Assembly: GCA_963763745.1 (NCBI GenBank)
Contig: CAVXQJ010000016.1
Coordinates: 321,029 to 385,028, forward strand
Length of the DNA stretch: 64,000 nt
Source of the DNA: an uncultured delta proteobacterium
GTDB taxonomy: Bacteria > Myxococcota_A > Polyangia > Polyangiales > Polyangiaceae
Direction of reading: 5' to 3'
Below are positions 29,254-40,645 of this stretch, piece by piece. The notes beneath the pieces are model-generated. The model made no database searches, had not been told where the DNA came from, and saw only the letters and a program-made list of their open reading frames with translations. How positions within the stretch are numbered: position 1 is the stretch's first letter; each line of letters begins with the position of its first letter. Made by a program: the position numbers and the translations under genes.

Positions 29254-29831
29254 TCATGGCGAAGCGTCGAATTGCTCTCTACTTGGCGAAGTACGACACG
29301 ACGGCCGACGTGCTGCACGCGGCGGAAAAAGTCCGCAAAGCGGGCTACACGAAGTTCGACGCGCACACGCCGTTCCCCATACACGGCATGGACGACGCGA
29401 TGGGCCTGCCCGACAGCAAGGTCGGTTGGATCGTCTTCTTCGGCGGTCTCACCGGCATCTCGTGCGCGTACTTGATGATGTGGTGGATGGGCGGCGTCGA
29501 CTACCCGCTCGTCATCGGCGGCAAGCCCGGCTTCACGCTTCCGTCGAGCGTCCCGATCATGTTCGAGCTGATGGTGCTTATCTCGGCCTTCGGCGCGCTC
29601 TTCGGCATGCTCCACTTGAACCGCCTCCCGCGCCATCACCACCCGGTGTTCGAGTCGGAGACGTTCCGCGAGGCGTCGGACGACAAGTTCTTCATTTCGA
29701 TCGAAGCGGAAGATCCGAAGTTCGATCTCTCCGAAACGAAAGCGGTGCTCGAGTCGACGCACCCCGCGCACCTCGAGCTCGTCGAGGAGCCCGTCGAGGA
29801 AGAAAAAGAAGAAGAGGAGCATCACGCATGA
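29250..29831 (+). CDS. actD: Alternative Complex III subunit ActD
   Basis: [17 protein letters not shown]...two TM helices, then an acidic tail. Its position is conserved between actC and actE. ATGA overlaps occur at both ends. Confidence 0.75.
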   Translation: MIMAKRRIALYLAKYDTTADVLHAAEKVRKAGYTKFDAHTPFPIHGMDDAMGLPDSKVGWIVFFGGLTGISCAYLMMWWMGGVDYPLVIGGKPGFTLPSSVPIMFELMVLISAFGALFGMLHLNRLPRHHHPVFESETFREASDDKFFISIEAEDPKFDLSETKAVLESTHPAHLELVEEPVEEEKEEEEHHA

Positions 29832-30412
29832 GAACGACGATGCTGCTCATGAGCGCGCTCGCGCTCGCTGCGTGTCGCGGTCAGACGTCGGAAGACCCGC
29901 CGATCGTCCCGATCCGCAACATGTACGACCAACCGAAGTACGAGATGCAACAGGCCGGTGAGTTCTTCTCGGACAACCGCGCGATGCGCCCGCAGGTCGA
30001 AGGCACGATCTCGCGCGAGCAAGAGATCGACCCGCGCATCGCGCACGGTCGTCTCGAAGACGAAACGGGCTACGTGCTCAACATCCCGCAAGAGGCGATC
30101 GACAAGTTCGGCGGAATGGATCGCACGCTCGCGCGCGGACAAGACCGCTTCGGGATTTATTGCACGGCGTGCCACGGGCTCGACGGCTCGGGGCAGGGGA
30201 TGGTCGTCAAGCACGGCTTCGTGCAACCGCCGACGTACCACTCCGATCGCCTCCGCCACGTCCCCGACGGTCAGATCTACGCGACGATCGAGAACGGTCT
30301 TCGCAACATGCCCGCCTACGGCCCGCAAATTCCGACGTTCGATCGCTGGGCGATCGTCGCGTACGTGCGCGCCCTCCAACTGAGCCAGCAGAGCGCGGAG
30401 AAGAAGCCGTGA
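29828..30412 (+). CDS. actE: Alternative Complex III subunit ActE (monoheme cytochrome c lipoprotein)
   Basis: Lipobox LALAAC-R and a single CTACH heme motif in 194 aa. Confidence 0.8.
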   Translation: MRTTMLLMSALALAACRGQTSEDPPIVPIRNMYDQPKYEMQQAGEFFSDNRAMRPQVEGTISREQEIDPRIAHGRLEDETGYVLNIPQEAIDKFGGMDRTLARGQDRFGIYCTACHGLDGSGQGMVVKHGFVQPPTYHSDRLRHVPDGQIYATIENGLRNMPAYGPQIPTFDRWAIVAYVRALQLSQQSAEKKP

Positions 30413-32085
30413 CCGACGAGAAAGATCCCAAAGAGGAATCTTCGAAGTCCGAGGAAAAATCGGAGGAGCCGAAGGCTGCCGCCGAGACGAAGGCGTCCGA
30501 CGAAAAGAAGGCCGACGAAAAGAAGGCCGACGAAAAGAAGGCCGACACGAAGAAGGCCTCTGACGAGAAGAAGCCCGAAGAGAAAAAAGAAAAGAAGAAG
30601 AAGGCCGAGAAGGATCCCGCCGACGCGTTCCGCATTCCCGCAAGCCACCCCGTGGCGAGCGTTTGGAAGACGTGCGCCGGATTCGGGCTCGCCGGAACCA
30701 TCGGCGCGGGCTACTCCTACTACGCGCAAGACCACACGCGCTTCGCGTATGCGTGGCTCTTCGGGTTCATCTGCGCGCTCACGCTCGCGATCGGCTCGAT
30801 GATGTTCGTGATGATGCATCACCTCTCGAACGGGAACTGGGGCATCGTCGTGCGCCGCGTCGCGGAGATCTTCGGCGCGTCGTCGTGGGTGCTCATCATC
30901 CTCGTGATCCCCGTGCTCCTCATGCGCGGAACGCTCTTCGGCGAGTGGTTGAAGGGCGAGTCGCATCAAGCGAAAGAACATGCGGCCCTCGAGCCGCAAG
31001 TCGACCCGCACGATTACGAGCTCGCGTCGAACGACTTCCAGTTCCAACCGCACGGGGGCCTCGGTGGGCCCGGTCGCGGCGGCCCGCCGCGCGGGAACCC
31101 GCACGGACCAGGCGGCGGACCCGGCATGCCACCCGGTGACTTTCACGGTCACTCGGGCGTCGGCACCGGTCCGATGTCGGGCACGCCGATCCACGTTCAA
31201 GTGGGCCGCGGCCCCGAGGAGCGCGCCGATCACGTCGAGCACGAAGAGGTGATGAAGGCGAAGAGCTGGTACTTGAACCAGACGTTCTTCTTCGCGCGCC
31301 TCATCGCGTACTTCATCATCTGGTACGCGGTCGGCTTCACGCTCCTCAAGTGGTCGACGGATCAGGACAAGACGAAAGACCTCCGCTTGACGGTGAAGCT
31401 CGCGCGCTTCTCAGCGCCGGGCATCGTGCTGATGGTGCTGACGCTCACGTTCGCCGCGTTCGACTGGATCATGGCGCTCGATCCAACGTGGTACTCGACG
31501 ATCTTCGGCGTGACGTTCTTCGCCGGCTCGATGGTGTGCGTCTTCGCGACGCTCATTCTCGTCTTCCTCGGTTTCCGCAGCAACGGCTTGCTCGTGAAGG
31601 AAGTGACGGTCGAGCACTACCACGACCTCGGCAAGCTCCTCTTCGGCTTCATGTGCTTCTGGGCGTACGTCTGCTTCTCGCAGTTCATGCTCATCTGGTA
31701 CGCGAGCATCCCCGAAGAGGTGACCTTCTATCACCACCGCTGGGACGGCGGGATGTGGAAGAACGTGAGCCTCGCGCTCGTCGGGCTCCACTTCATGTTG
31801 CCGTTCGTCTTCATCATGTCGCGCAACGTGAAGCGCAACCTCGGCATGTTGCGCTTGGGCGCCACGCTGCTGCTGACGATGCACATCATCGACATCTACT
31901 GGCTCATCATGCCGAACGTTCCGCACCAGGGCTCGAACTTCACGCTGGCCTTCGTCGACGTGTGCGGATTCTTCGGACCCGTCGGCATCTTCCTCGCCGT
32001 CGCGTTCCGTCGCATGACCGAATACCCGATCCTTCCGGTCGGCGATCCACGGCTCCAACGCTCCGTTCACTTCGTCAACGCATAG
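30409..32085 (+). CDS. actF: Alternative Complex III subunit ActF (NrfD-like), with an unusual Lys/Glu-rich N-terminal extension and a Gly/Pro-rich loop
   Basis: GTG start overlapping the actE stop (GTGA). There are about 90 aa of KKADEKKADEKKAD low complexity, then a polytopic membrane core (WYASIPEE, TFYHHRW). Confidence 0.8.
   Translation: MTDEKDPKEESSKSEEKSEEPKAAAETKASDEKKADEKKADEKKADTKKASDEKKPEEKKEKKKKAEKDPADAFRIPASHPVASVWKTCAGFGLAGTIGAGYSYYAQDHTRFAYAWLFGFICALTLAIGSMMFVMMHHLSNGNWGIVVRRVAEIFGASSWVLIILVIPVLLMRGTLFGEWLKGESHQAKEHAALEPQVDPHDYELASNDFQFQPHGGLGGPGRGGPPRGNPHGPGGGPGMPPGDFHGHSGVGTGPMSGTPIHVQVGRGPEERADHVEHEEVMKAKSWYLNQTFFFARLIAYFIIWYAVGFTLLKWSTDQDKTKDLRLTVKLARFSAPGIVLMVLTLTFAAFDWIMALDPTWYSTIFGVTFFAGSMVCVFATLILVFLGFRSNGLLVKEVTVEHYHDLGKLLFGFMCFWAYVCFSQFMLIWYASIPEEVTFYHHRWDGGMWKNVSLALVGLHFMLPFVFIMSRNVKRNLGMLRLGATLLLTMHIIDIYWLIMPNVPHQGSNFTLAFVDVCGFFGPVGIFLAVAFRRMTEYPILPVGDPRLQRSVHFVNA
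30499..30552 (+). repeat. Three tandem 18-nt repeats (gacgaaaagaaggccgac) encoding DEKKAD units
   Basis: Perfect triplication inside the actF 5' region. It is locally AT-richer than the rest of the genome. Confidence 0.8.
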
Positions 32086-32091
32086 GTTCCC

Positions 32092-32595
32092 ATGGCTTCC
32101 GAAGACACACGGCCCAAAGTCCGCATGCTGCTCACGATCGGCATCGTGTCGGTGTCGCTGCTCGTGGGCATCAAGTTCGTGCTCGACAGCTACTACCTCG
32201 ACATGGTCGAAAACTACGAGCACGGCCTCTTGCCGAAGACGGAGCTCCTCGACAAGACGCGCACGGATCAACACGCCGCGCTCGACAAGGGCGAGAACGG
32301 AAACATCCCGGTGAGCGTCGCGATGCAAACGCTCGCATCGAAGGGACGCGACAACGCCGACCCGCTCATCACGGCGCAACCCTCCGATGACATCGAGCCG
32401 CTCAAAGGTTGGACGAAGCTCCAACACCAAGTTCACCTCCCTCCACAAGTGACGACGATCGCGCCGCCTCCTCCGCAAGCACCGCTCGGCGACGCGGGCG
32501 CGACCACCGCGACGGACGCGGGCGCACCGCCGAAAGACGCGGGCGCTCCACACGTGATCCAACACCTCGACGCGACGAAAGACGGAGGCAAGTAG
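32092..32595 (+). CDS. Small membrane-anchored protein (possible ActG-like accessory subunit)
   Basis: One N-terminal TM helix (MLLTIGIVSVSLLVGIKFVL) and a Pro/Ala-rich tail. It sits between actF and sco1. Confidence 0.45.
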   Translation: MASEDTRPKVRMLLTIGIVSVSLLVGIKFVLDSYYLDMVENYEHGLLPKTELLDKTRTDQHAALDKGENGNIPVSVAMQTLASKGRDNADPLITAQPSDDIEPLKGWTKLQHQVHLPPQVTTIAPPPPQAPLGDAGATTATDAGAPPKDAGAPHVIQHLDATKDGGK

Positions 32596-32597
32596 CA

Positions 32598-33458
32598 GTG
32601 AGCCTCCGCGTCGTCCTCGTCGTGCTTCTTGCGCTTCTCGCGACCACACCGGCGTTCGCTCAATACGCGGGCGCGACGGGCGGTCAAGAGACCCCGCAAG
32701 CCGTGCTCGATGACGTCGGCGTGAGCGAGCAGCTCGACGGCCAAGTCCCGCTCGACGCGATCTTCAAAGACGAACAAGGCAAGATGGTTCGCTTCGGCGA
32801 CTTCGTCGACGGCAAACGGCCCGTCGTGCTCGTCCTCGCGTACCACTCGTGCAAGACGCTTTGCTCGTTCGTGCAGAACGCGGTGCTCGACTCGCTCAAG
32901 GCGATTCGGTGGACCGTCGGCAACGAGTTCGAGGTCGTCACGCTGAGCATCGACGCGCGCGACACCGTCGCCATCGCGAACGGCAAGAAGAACGAAACGA
33001 TGACGTCGTACGCGCGCGAAGGCGCGTCGCGCGGCTGGCACTTCCTCACGGGCGACGATCAAAACGTCCACCGCGTCTCGGACGCCGTCGGTTGGAAGTT
33101 CCACAAAGACATCGACGGCGAGATCGCCCACCCAGCCGCGGTGATGCTCCTCAAGCCGAACGGACGCGTCGCGCGATACCTCTACGGCATCGAGTTCGCG
33201 CCGAACGACATGAGCCTCGGTCTGCTCGAAGCGTCCGAGGGCCACAACATCACGACGATCGATCGCATCAAGCTCTATTGCTACCACTACGACCCGCACC
33301 AGCGGAAATACGCGCTGCTCGCGACGCACGTGATGGAGATCGGCGGCGGGCTGACCGTGCTGCTCCTCGCCGCGTTCATCGGCGGCATGTGGCTCAAGGA
33401 GCGGCGCAGCAAGAAGACGACGGACGTTTCACCTCGCATCGCGGAACAGACGCCATGA
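32598..33458 (+). CDS. sco1: SCO1/SenC copper chaperone (thioredoxin-like, for CuA assembly)
   Basis: GTG start, a signal/TM segment, a CxxxC motif (YHSCKTLC) and conserved His in a thioredoxin-like fold. ATGA overlap with coxB. Confidence 0.75.
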   Translation: MSLRVVLVVLLALLATTPAFAQYAGATGGQETPQAVLDDVGVSEQLDGQVPLDAIFKDEQGKMVRFGDFVDGKRPVVLVLAYHSCKTLCSFVQNAVLDSLKAIRWTVGNEFEVVTLSIDARDTVAIANGKKNETMTSYAREGASRGWHFLTGDDQNVHRVSDAVGWKFHKDIDGEIAHPAAVMLLKPNGRVARYLYGIEFAPNDMSLGLLEASEGHNITTIDRIKLYCYHYDPHQRKYALLATHVMEIGGGLTVLLLAAFIGGMWLKERRSKKTTDVSPRIAEQTP

Positions 33459-34465
33459 TTCACCACCTTCTCACTCCACCGCCTGCAGCCTTCGATCTCC
33501 CGCCGGCCATCGCCGCCGAATCGGGTGAGGTCGATTGGCTGTACAACATGATTTATTACGTCAGCGTCTTCTTCACGGTGATCATCACCGGGCTGATGCT
33601 GTACTGGGTGCGCATCTACAAGCGGAAGCCCGGCGACAAGCGCATGGACACGCCGCACTTCCCGCGCCTCGAGATTTTCTGGACGGTCGTCCCGATCTTC
33701 TTCGTCATCTTCTTGTTCCACGCGGGCTTCAAGGCGTTCATGAAGCAAGCGATCGCGGCGCCCGATGCGCTCGAGATTCGCGTGCGCGGACAGAAGTGGT
33801 TCTGGACGTTCACGTATCCGAACGGTCGCCAAGAGAACAACCACTTGTATTTGCCGGTCGGCAAGCAAGTGAAGTTCGTCATCTCCGCCGCCGACGTGCT
33901 CCACTCGTTCTACGTCCCCGGCGCGCGCGTGAAGAAGGACGCGGTCCCCGGCATGTTCACGACGATGGTGTTCACGCCGACCTCGCTCGGCGACACACCC
34001 GTCTACTGCGCGGAGTACTGCGGCGCGCCCATCGGTTATCCGGAGCCCGCGCTCGATGGCGCGCCCCACGGCGGACACTCCGCGATGATGGCGATGATCC
34101 ACGTCGTCTCGCAGGAAGAGTTCGACAAGATGCTGCGCGAGGGCCCGAAGAAACCCGAAGGCATGAGCGACGCGGATTGGGGCAAGAAGCTCTACAAGGA
34201 GAACGCGTGCTTGACGTGTCACTCCGTCGACGGCAGCAAAGGCACCGGTCCGACGTGGAAGGGCATGTTCGGCAAACCCGTCGAGCTCAACGCCGCGCTG
34301 TCGGGCGGCATGGGAAGCACGACGGCCGATGAGGCCTACGTCCACGAGTCGATCGCGAAACCGCAAGCGAAGGTCGTGCTCGGCTTCAACCCCGTCATGC
34401 CGCCGTATCAGCTGTCGAACAAGCAGGTCGACGCGATCATCGAGTACATGAAGTCCTTGCAGTAG
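33455..34465 (+). CDS. coxB: Cytochrome c oxidase subunit II with a fused C-terminal cytochrome c domain (caa3-type)
   Basis: Two TM helices. CuA site H...CAEYCG...H..M. C-terminal CLTCHS heme c domain. Confidence 0.9.
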   Translation: MIHHLLTPPPAAFDLPPAIAAESGEVDWLYNMIYYVSVFFTVIITGLMLYWVRIYKRKPGDKRMDTPHFPRLEIFWTVVPIFFVIFLFHAGFKAFMKQAIAAPDALEIRVRGQKWFWTFTYPNGRQENNHLYLPVGKQVKFVISAADVLHSFYVPGARVKKDAVPGMFTTMVFTPTSLGDTPVYCAEYCGAPIGYPEPALDGAPHGGHSAMMAMIHVVSQEEFDKMLREGPKKPEGMSDADWGKKLYKENACLTCHSVDGSKGTGPTWKGMFGKPVELNAALSGGMGSTTADEAYVHESIAKPQAKVVLGFNPVMPPYQLSNKQVDAIIEYMKSLQ

Positions 34466-34482
34466 AAGAGGCGAGATTACCC

Positions 34483-36135
<1,653 letters not shown>

Positions 36136-36137
36136 CC

Positions 36138-36902
36138 ATGACTGAAGCGGCAGCGGAACACGACGAACACGAGCACGCCGGGGAGGAGCACCACGGCGAT
36201 CATCCCAAGTGGCTGCAACACCACTGGGACACGCCCGCGCAGCAATTCGACGCGGCGAAGATCGGCATGTGGGCGTTCCTCGGGCAGGAGCTGCTCTTCT
36301 TCAGCGGGCTCTTCGTCGCCTACGCGATTTTCCGCACGTGGTACGGCGCGGCGTTCGCGGCGGGCTCGCACGAGCTCAATCGCACGATGGGCGCGGCGAA
36401 CACGTGCGTTCTCCTCTTCTCCAGCTTGACCGCGGCGCTCGGCGTCCGTTCGTCGCAGCTCGGCAAGAAGAACGAGACGTCGATGTGGATCGTCCTCACG
36501 ATCGCGTGCGCGTTCATCTTCTTGGTCGTGAAGTACTTCGAGTACCACGCGAAGTTCGAGCACGGCCTCTTGCCGGGGTCGTTCTTCGGCACGCCGCGCG
36601 ACATGCTCACGTTCCAGCCGCTCGTCGGGCACCACTCGCCCGCCGAGGAGCTGCCGGATCACACGCACGTCTACTTCTCGCTGTACTTCATCATGACGGG
36701 CATCCACGCGCTCCACGTCATCATCGGAATCGGCGTGTGGATCTGGATCCTGAAGCGCAACCTCCGCGGCGATTTCTCGAAGCGGTATTTCACTCCGGTC
36801 GACGTGACGGCGCTCTACTGGCACCTCGTCGACCTCGTGTGGATCTACCTCTTCCCGCTGATGTACCTCATCGACTACGTGCCGCCTGGCCACAAGGGCT
36901 GA
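36138..36902 (+). CDS. coxC: Cytochrome c oxidase subunit III
   Basis: 254 aa, polytopic. The C-terminal helices are typical of subunit III (HVIIGIGVWIW, LYWHLVDLVWI). Confidence 0.85.
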   Translation: MTEAAAEHDEHEHAGEEHHGDHPKWLQHHWDTPAQQFDAAKIGMWAFLGQELLFFSGLFVAYAIFRTWYGAAFAAGSHELNRTMGAANTCVLLFSSLTAALGVRSSQLGKKNETSMWIVLTIACAFIFLVVKYFEYHAKFEHGLLPGSFFGTPRDMLTFQPLVGHHSPAEELPDHTHVYFSLYFIMTGIHALHVIIGIGVWIWILKRNLRGDFSKRYFTPVDVTALYWHLVDLVWIYLFPLMYLIDYVPPGHKG

Positions 36903-36907
36903 CCGCC

Positions 36908-37483
36908 ATGACCGAAGAAGAAAAAGAGCACGAAGAGCACGAGGAAGAGGGTCACGATCACGATCATGATCATGATCACGACCATGATCACGATCCATAC
37001 GATCACGATCACGATCACGGCGAAGAAGGGCCCTACGGCGCGGACGAAGTGCACGCGCACATCGGGTCGTACAAGCTTTATGGCGCCGTCTTCGTCGCGC
37101 TGATCTTCTGCACGCTCCTCACCGTGGGCGTCGCGGCGATTCACCTCGGCAAGGCGAACCTCGCGGTCGCCGTCATCATCGCGTCGATCAAAGCGGCGCT
37201 CGTCTGCACGTTCTTCATGCACTTGAAGGACGACAACAAGTTCAACTCGCTCATCCTCATCGCGGCGGTCACGTTCATCGGCGTCTTCTTCGCGCTCACG
37301 CTGAACGACGTGAGCTATCGCGAGAAGCTCGACACGCAGAGCGGCAATCGCGTGTTCCTCCAGTCGGGCGACTCCGCGCCCGGAAGCTGGGAGAACCCCG
37401 TGAAGAAGGAAGAGAAAAAGGAAGAAGCCGCGCCGGCTCCGGCTGGAAGCGGCAGCGCTGCGCCGGCCCCAAAGCACGAGTGA
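36908..37483 (+). CDS. coxD: Cytochrome c oxidase subunit IV (prokaryotic caa3 small subunit) with a (His-Asp)n N-terminal repeat
   Basis: HIGSYKLYGAVFVALIFCTLLTVGVA matches the CoxIV-like helices. The N-terminus has GHDHDHDHDHDHDHDPYDHDHDHG. Confidence 0.7.
   Translation: MTEEEKEHEEHEEEGHDHDHDHDHDHDHDPYDHDHDHGEEGPYGADEVHAHIGSYKLYGAVFVALIFCTLLTVGVAAIHLGKANLAVAVIIASIKAALVCTFFMHLKDDNKFNSLILIAAVTFIGVFFALTLNDVSYREKLDTQSGNRVFLQSGDSAPGSWENPVKKEEKKEEAAPAPAGSGSAAPAPKHE
36945..37020 (+). repeat. Hexanucleotide (CAY-GAY)n microsatellite-like repeat encoding (His-Asp)n
   Basis: cacgatcacgatcatgatcatgatcacgaccatgatcacgatccatacgatcacgatcacgatcac within coxD. Confidence 0.8.
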
Positions 37484-37536
37484 GCTCGGCCGTGGAAAGC
37501 TGCGTCGTCACGGGGCGCGTCTGATAGCGTGAAACG

Positions 37537-38358
37537 ATGCGGCCTCGATCGGTCACGATCGTGCTGGGGGCATCCATGGCGGCGTGTGGTCTTTTTCCGG
37601 ATCTCTCCGGGCTGACGACGAGCAGCGATGCGAGCGCGACGGACGCGCCGAGCGAGAGCGCTCCGCCGAACGATGCGCCGGGCGTGGATGGGCCAATCGA
37701 CGCGAGTTGCCCGACGATTTCGCGCGTGCAAGTCGCGACGAACCCGGGCTCGTCGGAGAACCAAGACGTCAGCGTCACGATGAGCCTCACGGCTGGGCAC
37801 CTCGTCGTCGCGCTGCTCGGCGCGCAGTTCCTCGGCACGATCTCGCTGTCCGACAGCGCCAATACGCCATGGACGCTCCTCGACGAGATCGACAACTACA
37901 CCTGCGTCACCGACGCGGCGCCGTGGGGCTCGCGCGCTCGCATCGCCTACGCGACGGTCCCGACGAACGTGACGAACGACGTCATCAAGCTCTCGACGAA
38001 CGGCTCGCCGGACTACCTCACGATCACCGTCGCAGAGTACGCGGTCAGCGCCGGCAAGCTCGCGTTCACGACTTCGAACGCCAGCAGCGCGACCTCTTCG
38101 TCGAGCACCATCACGCTCCCATCACTCTCCACGACGGGCTGCACGAACCTCGTCGTCGCGATGATCGCCGACGAGTACCCCGGCAACGACAACTGGACGC
38201 CGCTCTCGGGTTTCGACACGCTCTCCGTCAACGGCGGATGGTCGTTCGTCACGATCGAGGACCTCGCGGCTCCGCCGAGCTCGGTCGTGGCTGGCGCGAC
38301 GCACCCCTCTGCGGAAGCCTGCTGGGTGACCGCCGGCGCGTCGTTCGCCGCGCAGTGA
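37537..38358 (+). CDS. Lipoprotein of unknown function
   Basis: Lipobox LGASMAAC-G and a Ser/Thr-rich 273 aa. Confidence 0.5.
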   Translation: MRPRSVTIVLGASMAACGLFPDLSGLTTSSDASATDAPSESAPPNDAPGVDGPIDASCPTISRVQVATNPGSSENQDVSVTMSLTAGHLVVALLGAQFLGTISLSDSANTPWTLLDEIDNYTCVTDAAPWGSRARIAYATVPTNVTNDVIKLSTNGSPDYLTITVAEYAVSAGKLAFTTSNASSATSSSSTITLPSLSTTGCTNLVVAMIADEYPGNDNWTPLSGFDTLSVNGGWSFVTIEDLAAPPSSVVAGATHPSAEACWVTAGASFAAQ

Positions 38359-38383
38359 CTGCCATCGGGTATGATGCCGCGCC

Positions 38384-38797
38384 ATGCGATTGGCTCTCCT
38401 TATGTCGTGCCTGATGCTTGCATTCTGCAATGAAAACAAGCCTGAAAATACGGCGAATCCGAAGGCGTCCGTCTCGGCGAAGGCGACCGCCACGGCGCCG
38501 CAGTCGCCCGCGGACGAAGCGAAGTCGCTCGCGCAGGTGCGCTGCGGAATGTGCCACGGAGCGGCGGGCAAGGGCGACGGGCCGAGCGCGGCGACGCTCA
38601 ACCCGAAGCCGCGCGATCTCACGAACAAGGAGTGGCAGAAGTCCGTGAGCGACGCGCAGATTCACGCGGTGATCGTCCAAGGCGGACCCGCGGCGGGAAA
38701 GAGCCAGCTCATGCCGCCGAATCCGGATCTGGCGGACAAACCCGCGGTCGTCGACGAGCTCGTGAAGATCGTCCGCGGCTGGGGCGGAGGAGCGTAG
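38384..38797 (+). CDS. Class I c-type cytochrome lipoprotein (probable electron donor to caa3)
   Basis: Lipobox LMLAFC-N, one CGMCHG heme site, and a Met ligand region (QLMPPNP). Confidence 0.75.
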   Translation: MRLALLMSCLMLAFCNENKPENTANPKASVSAKATATAPQSPADEAKSLAQVRCGMCHGAAGKGDGPSAATLNPKPRDLTNKEWQKSVSDAQIHAVIVQGGPAAGKSQLMPPNPDLADKPAVVDELVKIVRGWGGGA

Positions 38798-38799
38798 TC

Positions 38800-40635
38800 A
38801 TGAATCGAACGCTTCAAGATCTCAACGCGCGCTACCTCGCCGCGCACGTCGCGAAGGAAGACGCATTCTGGGCGCAGAAGATGGGGCACCACGCGTACGT
38901 CGAAGGCACGTTCGAGAAGGCCGAGATCGAGCTCCGCGATTTGACGAGCGACGATGCGTGGCTCGTCAAGGTGCGCGGCGAGCTCGGTCGCGGCGATCTC
39001 GACAAAGACGATCGCGTCGGGCTCGAAGGGTGGAAGCTCTTCTTCGAAGCGAACGTCATCGAGAAGGACGAAGCGAAACGCATCGCGAACGATCTCATCG
39101 TGAAGGAGGGCGCGCTCGAGCGCTCGCGCGCGATGATGAAGCTCGGCTACGGCGATCCGAAGAGCGGCGCACGCGTCGATTCGGACTACTTGAAGCTCGC
39201 GCTCGAGATCCGCACGAACGAAGACGAAGGCATCCGCCGCGCCGCGCACGCGGGGATGAAAGAGATCGAGACGCACGTCCTCGAGAACGGCTTCCTCGAG
39301 ATCCTCCGCGCGCGAAACAGGCTCGGGCGCATGCTCGGCTACGAGGACTACTACGATTACAAAGTCTCGCGGAACGAAGGCTTCGGAAAGAAGAAGCTCT
39401 TCGCGATGCTCGATGAGCTCGAGCGCGGCACGCGCGACGCGGCGAAGCGCGCCATCGCGGGCCTCCAAAAAGAAAAAGGCGACGGCGCCGACGCGGCGCA
39501 CAACTTCGGGTTCTTCACGTCGGGCTCGCTGACGGCGCAGCTCGATCCGTATTTCGGGTTCGAGTCGGCGGTCCCGCGCTGGGGTCGTTCGTTCATGCGG
39601 CTCGGCATTCGCTACCACGGCGCGGAGCTCACGCTCGATCTCATCTCGCGCACCGGAAAATACGAAAACGGTTTCATGCACGGACCCTTTCCGGGCTTCG
39701 TCGATCGCGGGACGTATCGGCCGTCGCGGATCAACTTCACGTCGCTCGGCACGCCCGGACAAATCGGCGCGGGGTACGTCGCGCTCCAGACTTTGTTCCA
39801 CGAGGGCGGGCACGCCGCGCACTTCTCGAACATCTTCATGCCCGCTCCGTGTTTCTCGCAGGAGTTCGCGCCGACGTCCGTCGCGTATGCGGAGACGCAA
39901 TCGATGTTCCTGGACAGCCTCGTCAGCGACGTCGACTGGCGCGCGCGCTACGCGAAGGACAAGAACGGCGGCGCGATGCCGCGCGCGCTCCTCGACGAAG
40001 CCGTGTCGCGCAAGCAACGCTACGCGGCGAACAACGTCCGGCAGCTCCTCGTCGTTCCATACGTCGAGCGCATGCTCTACGAGCTCGCGGACTCGGAGCT
40101 CGATGCTCGAACGATCTTGCGACGCACGCGCGAGATCGAACGCGATCTCTTGTTCCTCACCGAGAATCCGCGGCCGACGCTCTCGATTCCGCACCTCATC
40201 TCGGGCGAGAGCTCGGCGTATTACCACGGCTACGTCCTCGCGGAGATGGCCGTGCAGCAGACGCGCGCGTTCTTCTCGAAGCGCGACGGTCACCTCATGG
40301 ACAACCCGCGCATCGGTCCCGATCTCGCGAAGCACTACTGGAACCCGGGAAATTCCCGCACGTTCCTCTCGCTCGTCGAGGATCTCACCGGCGCGCCGTT
40401 CTCGGCGGCGGCGCTCGTTCAGGATTCGAATCGCGACGTCGGCGAGGCGCTCGCGGACGCGGAGCGCGCGCTCGCACGCGAGAAGGACATTCCCAAGACG
40501 GACGAGCCGATCGATCTCGACGCGCGCATCTCGCTCGTCCACGGCGACGAGGTCATCGCGACGAATCGCAACGGCGAGTCGTTCGATTCGCTCTCGTCGC
40601 AGTTCGCGACTTGGCTAACGCGCGCCGCGGGGTAA
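38800..40635 (+). CDS. M3-family-like zinc metallopeptidase (oligoendopeptidase-like)
   Basis: 611 aa with HEGGHAAH (HExxH) and downstream Glu. There is no signal peptide. It starts 3 nt after the cytochrome c stop. Confidence 0.6.
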   Translation: MNRTLQDLNARYLAAHVAKEDAFWAQKMGHHAYVEGTFEKAEIELRDLTSDDAWLVKVRGELGRGDLDKDDRVGLEGWKLFFEANVIEKDEAKRIANDLIVKEGALERSRAMMKLGYGDPKSGARVDSDYLKLALEIRTNEDEGIRRAAHAGMKEIETHVLENGFLEILRARNRLGRMLGYEDYYDYKVSRNEGFGKKKLFAMLDELERGTRDAAKRAIAGLQKEKGDGADAAHNFGFFTSGSLTAQLDPYFGFESAVPRWGRSFMRLGIRYHGAELTLDLISRTGKYENGFMHGPFPGFVDRGTYRPSRINFTSLGTPGQIGAGYVALQTLFHEGGHAAHFSNIFMPAPCFSQEFAPTSVAYAETQSMFLDSLVSDVDWRARYAKDKNGGAMPRALLDEAVSRKQRYAANNVRQLLVVPYVERMLYELADSELDARTILRRTREIERDLLFLTENPRPTLSIPHLISGESSAYYHGYVLAEMAVQQTRAFFSKRDGHLMDNPRIGPDLAKHYWNPGNSRTFLSLVEDLTGAPFSAAALVQDSNRDVGEALADAERALAREKDIPKTDEPIDLDARISLVHGDEVIATNRNGESFDSLSSQFATWLTRAAG

Positions 40636-40645
40636 GAATCATGGC

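Noticed and set aside
36945-37020. The His-Asp repeat as a possible CRISPR or other non-coding repeat
   Set aside because: It is in frame within coxD, a hexanucleotide coding microsatellite. It has no spacer structure.
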